Shown: piece after piece, positions 26,835 through 40,910 of the stretch
Layout of the letters: the number at the start of each line of letters is the position of its first letter
How positions within the stretch are numbered: position 1 is the stretch's first letter
DNA from: Catajapyx aquilonaris
Taxonomy: Eukaryota
DNA: 64,000 nucleotides
Assembly (NCBI GenBank): GCA_000934665.2
Contig: JYFJ02000928.1
Span: forward strand, 1 to 64,000
Direction of reading: 5' to 3'
Translations under genes and position numbers: made by a program
Notes under the pieces: generated by a model
The model's database searches: none
Seen by the model: only the letters and a program-made list of their open reading frames with translations
What the model was told of the DNA's origin: nothing

Positions 26835-27805
26835 TATCAGTAATATTTTTGGTGGGTGAAAATTATTATTCAACAGCAGGTTTTGAAAATTCTGCTTTGT
26901 TACAGTAAAATGTGATGATGACACTATATGAGCTCATTCATCTCCAAAGGGGCTCAGGAAACAGAAATACAATGTTGGTTTACCGAAGGTGTCAGGTCAC
27001 ACTGCCAGAGAAGAGGGCAAGCCAGGTTCACGCCTATAGTGTCGTCCAAGTATCTTGGGGACTCTTTGTCGGCGGTGCCCTTATCAATTATGAATTGAGT
27101 AGTGGTCTGGAGACCAAATTATTAAATCAGAAGCGATGTGATACAGTTTCTCTCTATCTCTATCTCTCCCTCCCTTTCTCTTTCCCTCACCCTCACCCGC
27201 ACAACGTATACTGTTATGCTTTGTGCACTTGTACAATAACACTAATGGAAGAGCAAGTGTAACCAAGACCTTGAGCAGAATAATCGTGGATGAGGTAAAC
27301 AAGACGAGACGTGCACTCTACAGTATATGTAGAGTTTCAATATTACATGTGTTGTCATTCCCTCTGAGAAAAATTAAAAATAAATGGAATTCTTGAGTGG
27401 CTAGCTCTCTTATATGGTCTGAAGGCATGAAGGTAGGCCTACTCAGAATCGACTGACTAGACTGGGTAGTAGGAGTGTCTGTTTGCAAGCATGTTGCAGG
27501 GGTGTTGTGTATGGAAGCGGAAACGTCTCTATTCCAGCAATCAGTCTAGCTTTAGAAATACGTCGGAAACATATTGACATTAACTCACAAGTGTTTCATC
27601 AGGTAGTCGACTGTTGTTGTGTTAAAAGTACACATTCAAGTTGAAGTTTGCATTTCGCGGGAACAATAAGCGGCAGGAATATTTCAGTTAACGTTTATTA
27701 ATAAATTTATGTACAAAATGTTAATGTAGTGTGTAGGCATATGAAGTCTAAAATTTGTCCAGTTTTTTGAAATCTCAGAAAAAATTGTGCAACTCGATAT
27801 CATAT

Positions 27806-28071
27806 TTTTATTTTTATTTTTGTTTATATCCCATTGGGAGATTCGGCGCTCCATTAGGGGGTGGAGTACCACCATTCGATGGGGCCAAGGATAGGGAAGG
27901 AAGGATGGAAGCGGCTGTGACCTATTATACGGAAACAACCCCGGAATTATCCTGGGGGGACAGTGGAAAACCAGAGAAAACCACGTTCAGGGTTGCCGGC
28001 CCCGGGATTCGAACCTAGGACCTTCCGATAAGCAGTCGGGCTTCTTAACAACCACACCAACTTGGTTCGGT
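27806..28071 (-). mobile_element. Full-length tRNA-derived SINE with Deu/Nin-like central domain
   Basis: Exact 15-bp TSD AACTCGATATCATAT (27791-27805 and 28072-28086). A-box-like TGGTGTGGTTGTT and B box GGTTCGAATCC (28005-28015). Central GGTTTTC..GGTTTTCCA...CAGG.TAATTCCGGGG...AGGTCACAGCCGCTTCC, and an (AAAAAT)n tail. The Deu/Nin call is from recalled similarity. Confidence 0.9.
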
Positions 28072-29884
28072 AACTCGATATCATATACAGTAGGCTGCGT
28101 AGTTTTTGCGCAGGTACTGTTATGAAAGTAAGCAAAATCAGAATTGCTCAAAATACATGTTATTAGTTTTTTTTTTTTTAAATATGATGAACAGTACATT
28201 ACTTGAATGTACCATGTGGAGATAGCTTTCATTACTTTTGCACAGTCCAGATGAAGGTCCCATTCGCAACATGGGGTAAATTAGCGTATGTAAGTATATG
28301 TGTTAATGTTCTGATTTTTTTTGTTATCTTCTGACTTTTCCACATTTTAAATTTAATATTTCAAGGTAATTTTGAGAAGGTCGTTAATGTGAAAGGTTGT
28401 AAAATGGAGCGTCTTAAAACGGGGCCTGCCTGTACTCAATAATTGCTATCTTCCTATAAATAGACCAACATAATAAATTATAGCAACTAGATCAATGATC
28501 AGATTTAAAAAAAAAATTATAATGAATTTCAGTAATACGTTAAGTTACATATCAATCCAGGATTATCAGAATTCTAGTAATTTGGGATAGCAATTTAAAG
28601 TAGCACAATGGCTATAACCTCAATCAGGCTGCTTTGCATCAAATGCTACAGAGCCAGTCTATTAATTTGCACGATGCATTTAGGCTGAATGCGTTAGTTA
28701 AAAAAATCCAAGAGAGTAATCGACAAAAAATGCACAGGGCTTGCCACATTAACTTGTGGGGATTGCCTATGCAGATTTGCTATTTATGGTAATTCCCTGC
28801 CAAGATTTCCTCTGGGGATATTCTCCGGGATTACCATTGGCGGCATAGGCTTGCTTTCGATACCTATATGATACATCTCCCCCTGAGCAAAATTCGTGTT
28901 GATGCATCCTTGCTTAACATACTGATGTTTTTATGATTATTATTTTTCTCGGAAAAGTCTAATATTACTTTCTGATACATTGTATGTATATATAGCATAA
29001 TAGCGTAGAGGCCGTAGAGTATCAGTTTTCCTTGTCAAATGAGAATGCAGCGAATGACAGCAGTGAAGAGAGTTTTTAAATTGATCGTCTGTAAGATAAA
29101 TTACTGATACGAAGATGTAAACATGCGTAAATGGATTGGCAGAGAAGCCAAAAAAATTCTCAAATAACGTGGGGAGAAGGAGTCTGCTAATAAATCTGAA
29201 CGCGGAACTTTTTTGAATTTTTCTCTCAAAATCTTTTTCCTCTTGCTTGACTTTACGCTGCTTTGAGGTTTCGGCTCTCTTTCCACTATATAGGCTCTTT
29301 GTTAGCATCATTACTGGTTCCTAGTTTTTTTTTTTGAAGGATAGTTCAGAGATTTTGATCTTGCGGATGGAGACGTTATTACGCCAAAAAAGAAATTCTA
29401 ACCTCAGTGTATGAGAGGCAGTCGCCAATGTTCGAAGGATTATCATTTTCCCTCTGTTTGAAGCCTACTGCATAATTTTCAACCAATTGAATAATTTTCT
29501 ACTTACGGTCTCGAGTCGGGGTTGGTGGAGTGGGGGAGACAAAAAGTCGACCAAATGTCACCTATTCAAAATTTATGCAGCTTACAGTGCTCGGAATGCA
29601 TTTTCCTCGTTATAATTTATCTTCTGGTCAACAATGAACTTCCCACGCCAAGTGTGATAGAGCAACGTTCTATTGTCAATTTAATAGTGGAAATAGACAC
29701 CAATCATGTTACCTGAAAAAGGAAATGGCACTTCTCTGGAAGCTCGGAGTCGCAGGTGCTCCAAATTCACACATGAATTAATTTGGCGAAACCATGAGCA
29801 TGCAATGTGCTCTCATGCACATTGGTTCAGTGAAGACCCAGTTACACTGTAATCCTATTATTGTCACTCCCTGCTGCTGGCATT

Positions 29885-30050
29885 ATACGGATGCTCAAGC
29901 GGTGTAGTGAATTTTGAGGTCTCGGGTTCGATCCCTCTGACTGGTGTGTTTGTGTTTCTCTGATGTCACTTTCAGGAAAATTCTGGGACTGTATATGTAC
30001 TACGGAAAAAGCCACGGCTCCTTTTTTTCATGGCCATTCGAAAAAAAATC
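29885..30050 (+). mobile_element. Degenerate tRNA-derived SINE with the same central domain
   Basis: B box GGGTTCGATCCC at about 29925, followed by CAGGAAAATTCTGGGACTGTA...AAGCCACGGCTCCTT, similar to the 27806-28071 body. Boundaries are approximate. Confidence 0.55.
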
Positions 30051-30490
30051 CGTGTACCAGACTTGATTCGACTGGTCGTGTTTCCCCCTTCCATATCATT
30101 GCTCCCATATGACCCATAGCCTTATAGCTACGGAAACTCCTCCAACAAACCAACCGAAGTCACCTATCATAACAGATACCACTAGCCGGACGAGGGGGTT
30201 TCTCTTTCGGAAAATGACATTGAATTTAGTGGAGTCGGGCACCATGTCAAAATGACTCTCTTGATAGAAAAATACGCCCCTTTTCCCTTTAACCTGTGTA
30301 TGTAAACAAAATATCGCTTGTGGTTTGGCTTCGTCATTCGGGTCGAGGGTGGTCAAGTAGGCTTCTGTCTAGGCTTGCTATATATAAGAGTGTTGTCAAT
30401 GAGCCCACACTCGTCGGACCCTCTAGTGGTTCATTACTGGACGTTAACTGCATGAGAATTGTGACGAGTTGTATAATATTTAAGTTTATA

Positions 30491-30835
30491 GGGGAGGTGT
30501 AGATGGCCTAGATGGTAACGTCTCGGCTTGCTGAGTGAAAGGCCCCAGGTTCGATCGCCGCCTGGGGAACTTTCCTTTCACCTGCGTCAGGAGGGTCTCT
30601 GACCTGCACCAAGGAGGTGTCTGGCAACCTAACCTCCTGGGGAACAGCACATGACCCCTTTTCAGACCTTGCACCACATGTTCCCTCCTCAAAAATCCCT
30701 ATCCTTATACCCATTTCCCTGTCTTCTTGCACCGGTGAGCGAAGAAAAATAGTACACAGTTACTAGAAAACTGATGGTGGTGTGCCACCCCCCTAAAAAG
30801 GCTCCGCCTTATCACGGGGTAACGTAAAAAAATAG
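30491..30835 (+). mobile_element. Full-length tRNA-derived SINE, second family
   Basis: Exact 13-bp TSD ATTTAAGTTTATA (30478-30490 and 30836-30848). A box TGGCCTAGATGG (30504-30515), B box GGTTCGATC (30548-30556), A-rich end. Confidence 0.88.
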
Positions 30836-32543
30836 ATTTAAGTTTATATTAGATTAGTCACTCCGATGGATTTTATTTTGCATTCTGAAGCTACTAACAA
30901 CAAAACTAAACCTGGGGAACCCATTGTTGTATCATTTGATTGAAATAGACTTAGAAGCTATACTCCTAACTTACTGTAAAAATGCAAAACTCACATGATC
31001 GTATACAGCCCGATATCAAGTGTCAAGTGTGTTATTACTTCAGTCTACATGTAAGTGTAACAGGTGCTCATGTCCTCTTGGACTGAATATTCATTTTCAA
31101 CGCCAATGAAATCGATCTCAAGATTTGAATATTTTTGTATAAACCTATCTTTTATTTCAGTCTTTGCATGAGTAATTAACGCAGGATTTTAATGGATGTG
31201 CTGCATTATTAAAACTTTTCACGGACTAGCCTGCTTTCAGAACTCTTTCTCCCCCTAATAGATGTGAATCCTATAGTGATGGAGTCCATTGCACCTCATT
31301 TCTGCGTCCCCGATTCATGTCGATACTCTACATTTTTGTCAGTTCACGGGCCGACGAATCTAGCCTCTTAGCTGCAGGTGGAAACTTGTGAACTATTGCT
31401 GGCAGTTAGGGAACTCTTGATGGATCATAAGTCAATTCTTGAAACTCTGCGTGAGCTAAGCTTCGAGATCATAACCACTTCCAAGCGTTGAAGCTCCTGT
31501 GGATGAGACAATCCTACACTGTTACTAACAGTCTGCCAATCCCAGGTGTATGCTAATGCCATACTCGTACGTATCTCTCCACTCTTGACGCAACAAGAGA
31601 CTCGGCGAGAAACTGTACCTTACAGTAACTGCACACATAAGTTACATAGGCCTACATCCATCCGCGTATACTGTTCACCCTCTTAGCGATTTGACAATAT
31701 ACAGTATTTGATGTTTATTCATATACCGATTTAAGGATTAAGTGCTGTGTGTCTTATTCAGTTGTTTTTCCCTTTCAATTTATTTTACACAGTGAGGGCA
31801 GATTCTGTTCAGTCGCGGGCAATTTTTAACTCACAAAATATTCAGTTACTATTAGTTTCAATTTTCTGCTATTATCCAAATTCTTAGTGGCAACAAGGTA
31901 TGTGCAGTACTGTCTATATCAGATAGTTGTAAAGTTAACTTCAATGTGGGATTAATTGTGACCAATTTTTCCAAAAGAGCAATTTCGATCACACGAATAG
32001 AGGTTTGCGAAATGTTATTAGTTGCTTGTACAGTATTACGGCATGCACTATTTTGTGACAATGCTAATTGTTGAAGCATTTCCTGTATTCAAATGCATTC
32101 TGTTCAGAAGTTTCACGTAGCCGCCCCAAACTAATTGGGTGCACTGCTGCGGTGTTATATTAAAGGCATGGAATATTAAGTTCAACTCACTTTGTCAGTA
32201 TAATAAGTCACAGTAACTGTGTGAGATATGAAACTTATAGAACTCCCGTCTCTGGCACAGCACGACACTACGAGTAATGTACCTTACAGACACTGTATAT
32301 ACAGTGCCTAACCAAGAATTTTAAGAGATCTTGAGACGGGTTTCCTCTCTGAGAACAATAGTCGGAGAGGAAGCATGATGAATGCATTTGTCACATTATT
32401 TGAGAGTGTAGTATTACATACGTAATTCACTTCACATCAGGCTTGATATTTGCATAAGATTATTCTATATCACGTCCATAAATTATATGTGATCAGTATG
32501 TAAATAATGATGAAGTGATTGTTAACCACCTCTCTCGACGTAC

Positions 32544-32648
32544 TACTGTATATTGCTCAAAAACATAGAGACGATTTTGCATTTGACTCAAGTGCAGCCT
32601 GCACTTGAATCAAATGCAAAATCGTCTCTGTTTTTGAGCGATATAGTA
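32544..32648. mobile_element. ~100-bp near-perfect palindromic element
   Basis: TATATTGCTCAAAAACATAGAGACGATTTTGCATTTGACTCAAGTGCAG-C-CTGCACTTGAATCAAATGCAAAATCGTCTCTGTTTTTGAGCGATATA. 1-nt centre, 2 mismatches and one 2-nt indel. Confidence 0.85.
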
Positions 32649-33182
32649 CATTGCAGTATAGATTATTTATCTATGCATTACAGGTAGAAACAAATATGCC
32701 TAGGTATAGTGTTTTCAGTATTCTTACAATGCGGAATTATTTTCCTGCACAAGCACATTACAAGCACTCCCCTAGATTTTTTTTGTGACTATAGGCTAAC
32801 ACGGATACTGTCATATATGAAATTACGGAACGGAGCATACGCCTGAATATATATGGTCTTTGCGTACATTACCCAATCCCCCAAACCTACATGTCATGAA
32901 GCACAAGCGGACATTTAAAAAAATCATTCCCAGGTTTCACAGTATAACCAGTTGAAATTTACAGCTGGGATTGGTTAATATATGCCATAAACACTAACCA
33001 CAACTGAATTCAAGCAAATCATGCAGCAGTCCGATTACTATATCAGAGTCCTTTGACGCTGGAACGACATCAGTCCTCCTGATATATATACAGTACTGTA
33101 GGACGACCCACATTGATGCGCCACTCTGCAGCTGAGGTCATTTCCCCTTTTCCATCAATTTTTCCCTTTTTATATTTCCTGC

Positions 33183-33198
33183 AAAAAAAAAAAAAAAA
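33183..33198. repeat. poly(A) tract
   Basis: Direct read. Confidence 0.8.
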
Positions 33199-36100
33199 TG
33201 ACTGATGTGCAGAAACTTAATCCGAGCGTATGATTTTCACGGTTCACCAGAGACAAATCGAAGCTGACAGCCAAATTCCGGGGCCAGCCGTAGTGAAACG
33301 CCCCTACATGTTTTAAGCAGCATAATCTGATGAATCCTCAGATTAGCTCAGCAATATTGACGCAGTAAGCCCCGGCAGGTCGGGCCAACCATTGATTTGA
33401 ACCAAGAGGGCGACGTGGAAATAAATACTTCCAACCCCATGTAATGATCACCCTTCCACCATTGGTGGGGTGGGGGGGGGAGGGGGCAATCTGAAACAAA
33501 AAAAAGCATGTTTCCAGACGTTGTACACGTTTTTCAATGACTGCTATCAATTTCTTAAGGGGAGTGAGGATGGGAGTTTTCTTTTGGAAGCTATGCACAT
33601 AACAAGTAGGAGGCGTGATTGGGCATAAGAGAGAGGCGGGTTATCCTGAGGCCTCAGGATGGGCCATTTCCGGATATTTCATTACCACTCCGGGAGATGG
33701 GTGGTAATGCCCCTCCTGTTTGCCCGCCCGCCTTTCCCCTCACTCCCACACCAGCTCCCGCACCCCGCGGCACTGTATTGCCCCGCTGTGGAAAGATAGA
33801 ATTTATTTGGAGAAGGCGAGAAGAGGCCTGCCGGGAGACGCTTTGCATATTCATGAATATGAGAAGAGCCGGTGGTTTTGGAGGGAATTGGAGGAGGGAC
33901 CGGATTGGGCAGCGGATGTGACGTGAGGCTGACGCGTCACATGCTTCATGCTCTGCGTGACCCGGAATTTGGTCATAACTTATCTGCACTCTAGAATGCA
34001 TGACCAGGCACAATTGTGGCGTGTCACGACTTGACGAATCTTCATCTGTGACTTTGAAACAATAGCTGCTGACAATATGCCCCGTTTATGACGTAATTTG
34101 CTAGTAATTGCCAGGTAGATTCATTGCATTGCATTGTTCAGTATGCAGTATTGCGTACGATTCGACCTTTAGTCACTTTCCTGACCAGTGAACTCTTTCA
34201 GGCTCCTCGTTCTGTTCATAGCCTATGAGTAGAAATTTGGTTAACTGGTGTGATTCCCATGTGACATTCCCTCAGTCGCACATAGGACACTGCATTTAAA
34301 AATCAATGTTGCGGAATTTGAGTTCTCTTCAGTCTGAGTGGAGAGCACATGGGGAGAGAGAGAGAGAGAAAAAAAATTGCAATTAGACATAGTTCCGTTG
34401 GAGAGTGTCGCAGTCGGAGGGGCGCCAATTAATTTTTCGCGTCACCGGACAGCAAAGAGTAATAAGACGCGACTTGCTGAAAGGACAGAATGTGCGAATA
34501 TTTGCGGGTGGGAATTAGTGTTAATTTCCTCTTTCAGGTTGTTTCCGGAGAGATGGAAATGAAAGGCGGCTAAAGCGCTGTCACCGAATTCTCGCGTCCT
34601 GCGGGGAGCGTTTTCAAGTCGTGTACCTATATATGACAGCGCATTGAGAGCTCCCTCTCTTAATGATGACAATTGGGACCCGAGTTCCTTCAGAATAGAT
34701 ATCCACAGGTATAGCTATGACACACTTTGACGGACGGAATCGGACAAAATGAAGGACGAACCCCATTAATAATCCGAAACGTCGAGTGGGCTGCTTTCAG
34801 AGCAATTAATACGCATTGTTACCTGCAAGATCGATTCGCCTAGGAACTATTGGGTTTGCATCAGTGCTGTTAAGCGCTACATTGAGCTGTCAGTTATTCG
34901 ATTTGCGAAACAACTAACTACGGATCCCGGTTATAATGGAACAATGGAGCCGGGTAGCAGCCCGGCCAATTTCCATCGCACTGTTTTATAATTGCCCCTG
35001 TTAATGCCAGTAGTCATCTAGTTACAACGGTCTAAGTCGTATTGTCTCTGAATAGCAGATTCGACAAGCGTAGCTTCGGAATCTGGAGGTGCAAATGTGC
35101 TGGCATTCAGTATGCCGGCCTGAAAATTTAAATATTCTAGTCATTGGCTGGGCTAAAAGATTCGAACAATTTGCAGTCTGTACGTGGCGAATTTATTTGC
35201 GGTACCTAATTGAACAGATTCACAGTCAAAATAACGCAACTAATGATACGCGATGAACTAAATTCGTTGGATATCGGCCAGAATGTCGATGGGGGCTTTA
35301 TTTACGTTGGTGTAATGCTCTACAGTGCTATTCAAGCTAGCAGCCTGCTTTTTCCTCCAGGATTTTTTCCAGCACGTATCCTGTGCACTAAAGAACACTT
35401 TGGTACGGACCACATACTTTGACACGAGAAGCAACACTCCCTTGTAAGACTGAGGCCCTGGAAAATGAGCCCTAATTACCGCACCTTCAAGTTGTGCCTT
35501 TGATGCAAGACATAATGTGCAGGTGGGAAAGCGTGTCGCAACTGCAGAAGCGGAGTCTCAACATTGGTGCTTTGAGTTAGTTTTCAACTTTGGAAAGAAA
35601 AATTCTCCATTACATACAGTGCCTACTAATGTTAAAAGCTTGGCCCATTTAAAGTTCAGAACTTTCATTTTTTTTCTCCTACTGTATATCACCCCAGTGA
35701 AATAACGAGCCTGCTTATTACGTTTCACTGACGACATGATTACATCTGGACATATTTTTCCAGCAGGCATGAATACAGTAAGCAGATATTTTTGCTCCTT
35801 GCCCCCATCATCCGCATATGTCTGCGGTTTCATCCTGCGCATGATGACGAACTCACTCGTACAATAATCTGACCCTCGACGTGACGCTAATCTTTCCGAT
35901 TATTCGTCCCATATCCATGTAACTGCCTAATAACTGTTTATCTGAAACAAATGTTGAAGTTACGAGCCGCGGTTTTCCTCCCCCATCCTGGTTCACCCTG
36001 TATATTGAAAAGGACGGGGGTCGGCCGAATTATTTCACGAACAACAAAAGAGCCGCTCGATAAGGGGCTTACAAATAGCGCCATGTCGGAGCAGCCGCAT

Positions 36101-39100
36101 CAGTAATATGATATGAGGGCCGAGTGTATATGCCATGTCCTCTGTTTTCAAACGGGTCGGACTGTTACCACGAACAGCATTGTGCTTCCTACCAGAAAGG
36201 GGTGAGGTTTCTATAAGGGGGTGTCGCAAGTCTCCATCATTAGGCATTGAAGTGGTCCGAATGGATGGCCCACAGTCGCCCAACCGACGCGCCCAACTTT
36301 GGTAATGGAAGTCGGCCATTTTGGCACAAGCCATAAATTTTACATCGAATTTCCTTTTTTATATATAACCGAGAAAAATTGCTTTGATTCTGTGTGCAAG
36401 GAGGCTGGCTCTCCCCCGGCTACATCCCCCCTCTCTTCTCAGCCATATTTCACGGATAATATGTAAGAGTATAACAAAGGCATATACTTGACCAACTCTG
36501 AGCTGAAATATATCTTCCGTGACGTGGGATGAATGAGACAAATAAACGGCATTGTGGCGAAATGTGGCACACAAGACTGGATCAATGCGGTACAAGTTGA
36601 GGCCCATTGTTCCTATGCTGGGGTCGGACTCTTTGACACGATCACATCATCTTGCGTCCAGCTTTTGACTTGCGGAACGAACCTGGCAGGCCCAGGCACG
36701 TTCCAACTTGATCAGACTAGCAGGACGCGCACAGACATACTCATTGCAGCCTACATGTTTCACCTAGATCCCAGTAATAAATAAGCTGGCTGATTGTTCC
36801 AATGTGTTGCCATGTGTGAATTATACAATTATATTTGCTAAATGATATAATGTATACCTATTCGCATCGTAATTCCAGTGATTATATGGGTGTATAAGCT
36901 ATTTCTACAGGCAATAACCTACCCTACTATAGCCTGTCGACTCTCTTTTCCCCTCACCCTGTAGTACCTGTCTGCTTGCGAATATTTGATTTACGGGATC
37001 CGTGTTCCCCCTGCAAAAGTCGGGGTGCTGTGAGTTAGCAAGCCAGGATCGGTTGCGCAGAAAAGGCGAATCCAGATCGTGTCTATCCTTCAAAAAGAAC
37101 GTCACAATTACCACTCTTTAAACCTGCTTTCGCTCCATTTTTTCCCTCCCACATCCATTTCTCTCTGAAAATGGCCGGCAAAGGGCCTTCATCCTGATTT
37201 AGTGCATAAGAAGGCTCGGAGGCCAAGGCAAAAATCTGGGTCTTGATTTACGAGTCTGGATGACTGGGATGTGCCTCTTGTTCTCCCTAACCGTGTCGGT
37301 ACAATGCCAGAGTGGGGACATGGACCATAAAGTTTTTTTTCTTCATCCAACCCTCCTCCTCCTCCTTTCTTTTCTTCTCCAGTCCCCTCCATTCCCCCTC
37401 CCTATTTTTTGGAGGGACTGGAATGAGAATCAAATGAGGGGCTTTCCTAGGCTAAGCACATCCTTAGATCGATGTAGGATATGAGGCAATGCTTATTCCC
37501 AGCCCCTTTGAGAGAGGAGGTGGTGTGGTAGCACGAGCTTTATGCAGACGGTCCGTCATCTTCCTGACAGAATTTCTGAAATATGCTGCACCTCTGAGGC
37601 AGATGGTGAATATGAAAGAAGTCAGGCGGGGAGGAAACTGCGTTGGGCTCTAATTGGGCTTGAAAACCTCGCTATAGTTGGAAGGACAAATGGCTGCGAC
37701 GCTTGCTCTTTTTTGTTTCTCTATATCTATATAAAAAAGGTAGGGTGGGGGGGAAGGGTGCTCCCTGTTTTTGGCGTAACGAGCATGGGGCACAAAAATT
37801 GGTTTACATAGGTTGATTATGGTCGACCACCGTGACGCCATGTTCCTTGTTACGAGAAAGGGACGCGAAGTGGAGTTTTAGTTGCAGTGTGTGGTGCAAG
37901 TTGAAATGTTATTAGCGTCCAGAGCGGAGCATCTTTATGACGCGCTCACTTTAAAACGCAAGGCTTGCATGACGGTTATGTTTTTTTGTTTAATGAGATT
38001 AAAGTGTACAAGCTGCTTTTACATATTAAATTGGGCGTGCTTTCCTGCAGTGTATTTTGGAAAGGATGAGCGGTGCCCAGCGATGCAAAGCTGATGAAGT
38101 TTTGATTGAGCGACGCACGCACAAAAACAGCACGTCTACTTCCAAGGTACCTTACGCAAGTTTAATCACAAAGAATGGAATAAAATCCGGGGCTGTTGAT
38201 GACCGAAACTACCCACCAACCTAGGAAACAATGGCAGGAGCATAAATAGGAAACTGTGTGCATGCCGAGTTGAAAATGATAGCATGCGAATAAATAGGAT
38301 TCATAAAGCGGTTTACTACTGAATCACAAACAGGCTGTCCATTGCTTTGCACCAGCAGCAGCAGATGTAAATTTCAATTGGCCGCAACCCCCGATGCACA
38401 AGTACATAGCAGTTGAGTTGGTGCGTGATAATGACCACAGACAGGCCCGTGTGTGTCCCTAGACAGATATGTTTGCATTTTGCTGTAGCCTACATTGATA
38501 TTCATTCTGAGGGCATGGACACACCTACTGGTCCGCCTCTATAAGTCAAGTAATAATGGGTGCACTAACCACTTCCCATTCCAATTAGTTAATTGGAAAG
38601 GGCTGTCCCAAATGAGGACGGGCGAATATTTTTGCGGATCCTCCGTGCTTTAGTAGAGGTGGATTCAGTCACTGATTGTCTGCACTAAACCCAGCCAAAT
38701 GAAATGGCGGTCAGAAAAAAGGGGGGTTGGCCCGAAAACAACTCTGGGCTTTTAGCTTGGATGCTGTACGCTTAATTGTAGCAGGCGCGCTGCCACTGTG
38801 CAGTCAATGAGGCGAAATGCAGTGACCTTTCTTCTACGGCGCCACTCCGCTTTTCCTCCATACAAAACTTGAACAAAAGGAGGAGACAGCGACGCTCTGA
38901 CGGCGGGACTCCAAACTAGGCTACCGTCGCGACACTCCCCAGCACCAACCCCTAAAATCACCAACTCCCAGACATTTTCATACGGATTTTCCCCGCTAGA
39001 TTAATTCGGCTTCTTTCCAAACTTTGCCTCCCCAGTCGGCGCTTGCTGCTTGCTTGACGTGAGTCGACCAAAACTTCTTTTCGCCATGGACCTTCACTCC

Positions 39101-40910
39101 GCTATTTCCAGTGATTTACTGGCAGCCAGGGCGGGAAGGTGCTATCCAACGAGTTTTCTCCCAGAGCAAAACTTTGGATGCTTGGGAACATCCTGACTCA
39201 GTTCGGGACAATGCCTGCGAGTTATTGAATCGGATGCCTAGCATAAATCAAGGTGATTACTCGGTGTATTCAGGTGGGTGAGGTGAAAGGAAGGAAGAGG
39301 CAATATTCCCACCATTGTTGCGTGGGAGGAGGACGTAGTAGGGGCAGCCTCTGATATTTTTTTGGGGGGTGGTGGGTAGGCCTTTGGGCGATTTTTGTTG
39401 CCGGTGTGGTGTGATGGATGATATTGTCTTGCCACAAAAATGTCCCGACTCCCTGAAACTGTCAATTTATTTCGCCGCACTCTTTCACGTATAATGAGCG
39501 CTCCCCATGTATACGCGCATGTAATCAACGTCATTATGGTAATGTAGGCCTATGCGTATAGGTTTGGAATGGATATTGCATTTTTTGGCCACATCTGGCA
39601 GTGTGTTTACTGTTGGCAAAAAGAGGACAAAGCAAAATTTCTACGGTAATGAAAGAGGGTAAACTTGCCGTTTATGTTGAAGTTAAACTGGTTGCCCTGT
39701 TGACCGCGGATAATTTCATGCAAGATGGATCGATGCGATACAACTCATTAAAACGCCACAGAAAGTCGGAGGATATGGTGCTTATCTTAATTTTGTCAAA
39801 GAAAAAAAAGAAGCAATGATCCAGCATTATGCAGGATTCATTTGTTAAAAATCAATTTTAAATGTTCTGCCAACACTTAGTGACTAGTTCACTCTCTGAA
39901 GAACTTGGCTGGTTTTGCATTCTTTTAAACGTTCTCTTCACAGATATCACAGACACAGGTAGTCAAAATAATGTAAACTCGAGAAATTATGCAAATTCTT
40001 CCACTGTTGCATAGGCTTCAAATGATTTGAGATGCATCAAAAATGACAATGTTGAAAATATTAGTTGCAAGCATGTGGCTTCAAAAACCGAGAATTTACA
40101 TGTATAAATAATGATAATTAGTGCCATAATTTCATTATTTGGTGTGGGCCATTGACTAAAAGCATGGCAAGTAAAGAATGCACCTTCTATTCTTCCAGAA
40201 AGCTAGGGAGACATCAAATATGAATTGTGCATCTCCATGGATTCTTTCTCTACGCCGCTTCCGTCACGAAGGCGATATTAGTTTTGCATTGGAGACGTAG
40301 TGCTCTCCATAAAAAGGGAAATGTAAAGTAGGAGATGGGCAAGTGACTACAGGATGGGCTGCAGACGAATGAAACCAAGGTTGTATTTGTATGCCTCAGG
40401 TCTCGTCGTCTTGATTTCCCAAATGATACATTTTCTCTTTCTCGTACACCACCTTTCGAATACGGATTTCTTAATAAAAAGACCCTGCACACGTAAAGTA
40501 TCGCATCAGGAATGATTAAATACGTGTCGAATCAATACCCGACACCACGCACAATACATCGCTAACGCAAGGATTGACTTTGTAAAATGTTCAGCAGTTT
40601 CGGAGATAAATGTAGCTGCTTTTGCCATGCGGAAAGGTCAAAATGAAGTGCTGCTTGTCAAGCCAGCGTCGACTTGTGTCAGCCTGAATGCACTTGGATC
40701 CACCAAATTCATCACCCAAAGTCCTTCCACTCTTCTTGCCTTGAGATGTCTTACCACCTTTGCTCTCAACCGCACAAAGTTTGCACTAGGTTCCAGAAGG
40801 CCTGGAACCGCAGCCATTAACCCAAGGCACTCTTTTCAAACCACAAATTCACTTTTTTCATTCTCTTACGGGTCGACTGAGACCTTCAGATACTGTAACC
40901 TGCGCACTCC

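Noticed and set aside
27990..28071. Functional tRNA gene (also 30491-30570 and 20420-20490)
   Set aside because: No proper cloverleaf or acceptor stem. The heads continue into SINE bodies, two of which have clear TSDs.
34748..34785. Hammerhead/Penelope-like ...TCCGAAACGTCG (also at about 24180-24210)
   Set aside because: The catalytic core CUGANGA is not intact. At most these are dead remnants.
39596..39616. miR-34-like start TGGCAGTGTG
   Set aside because: It diverges after 10 nt and has no complementary star arm.
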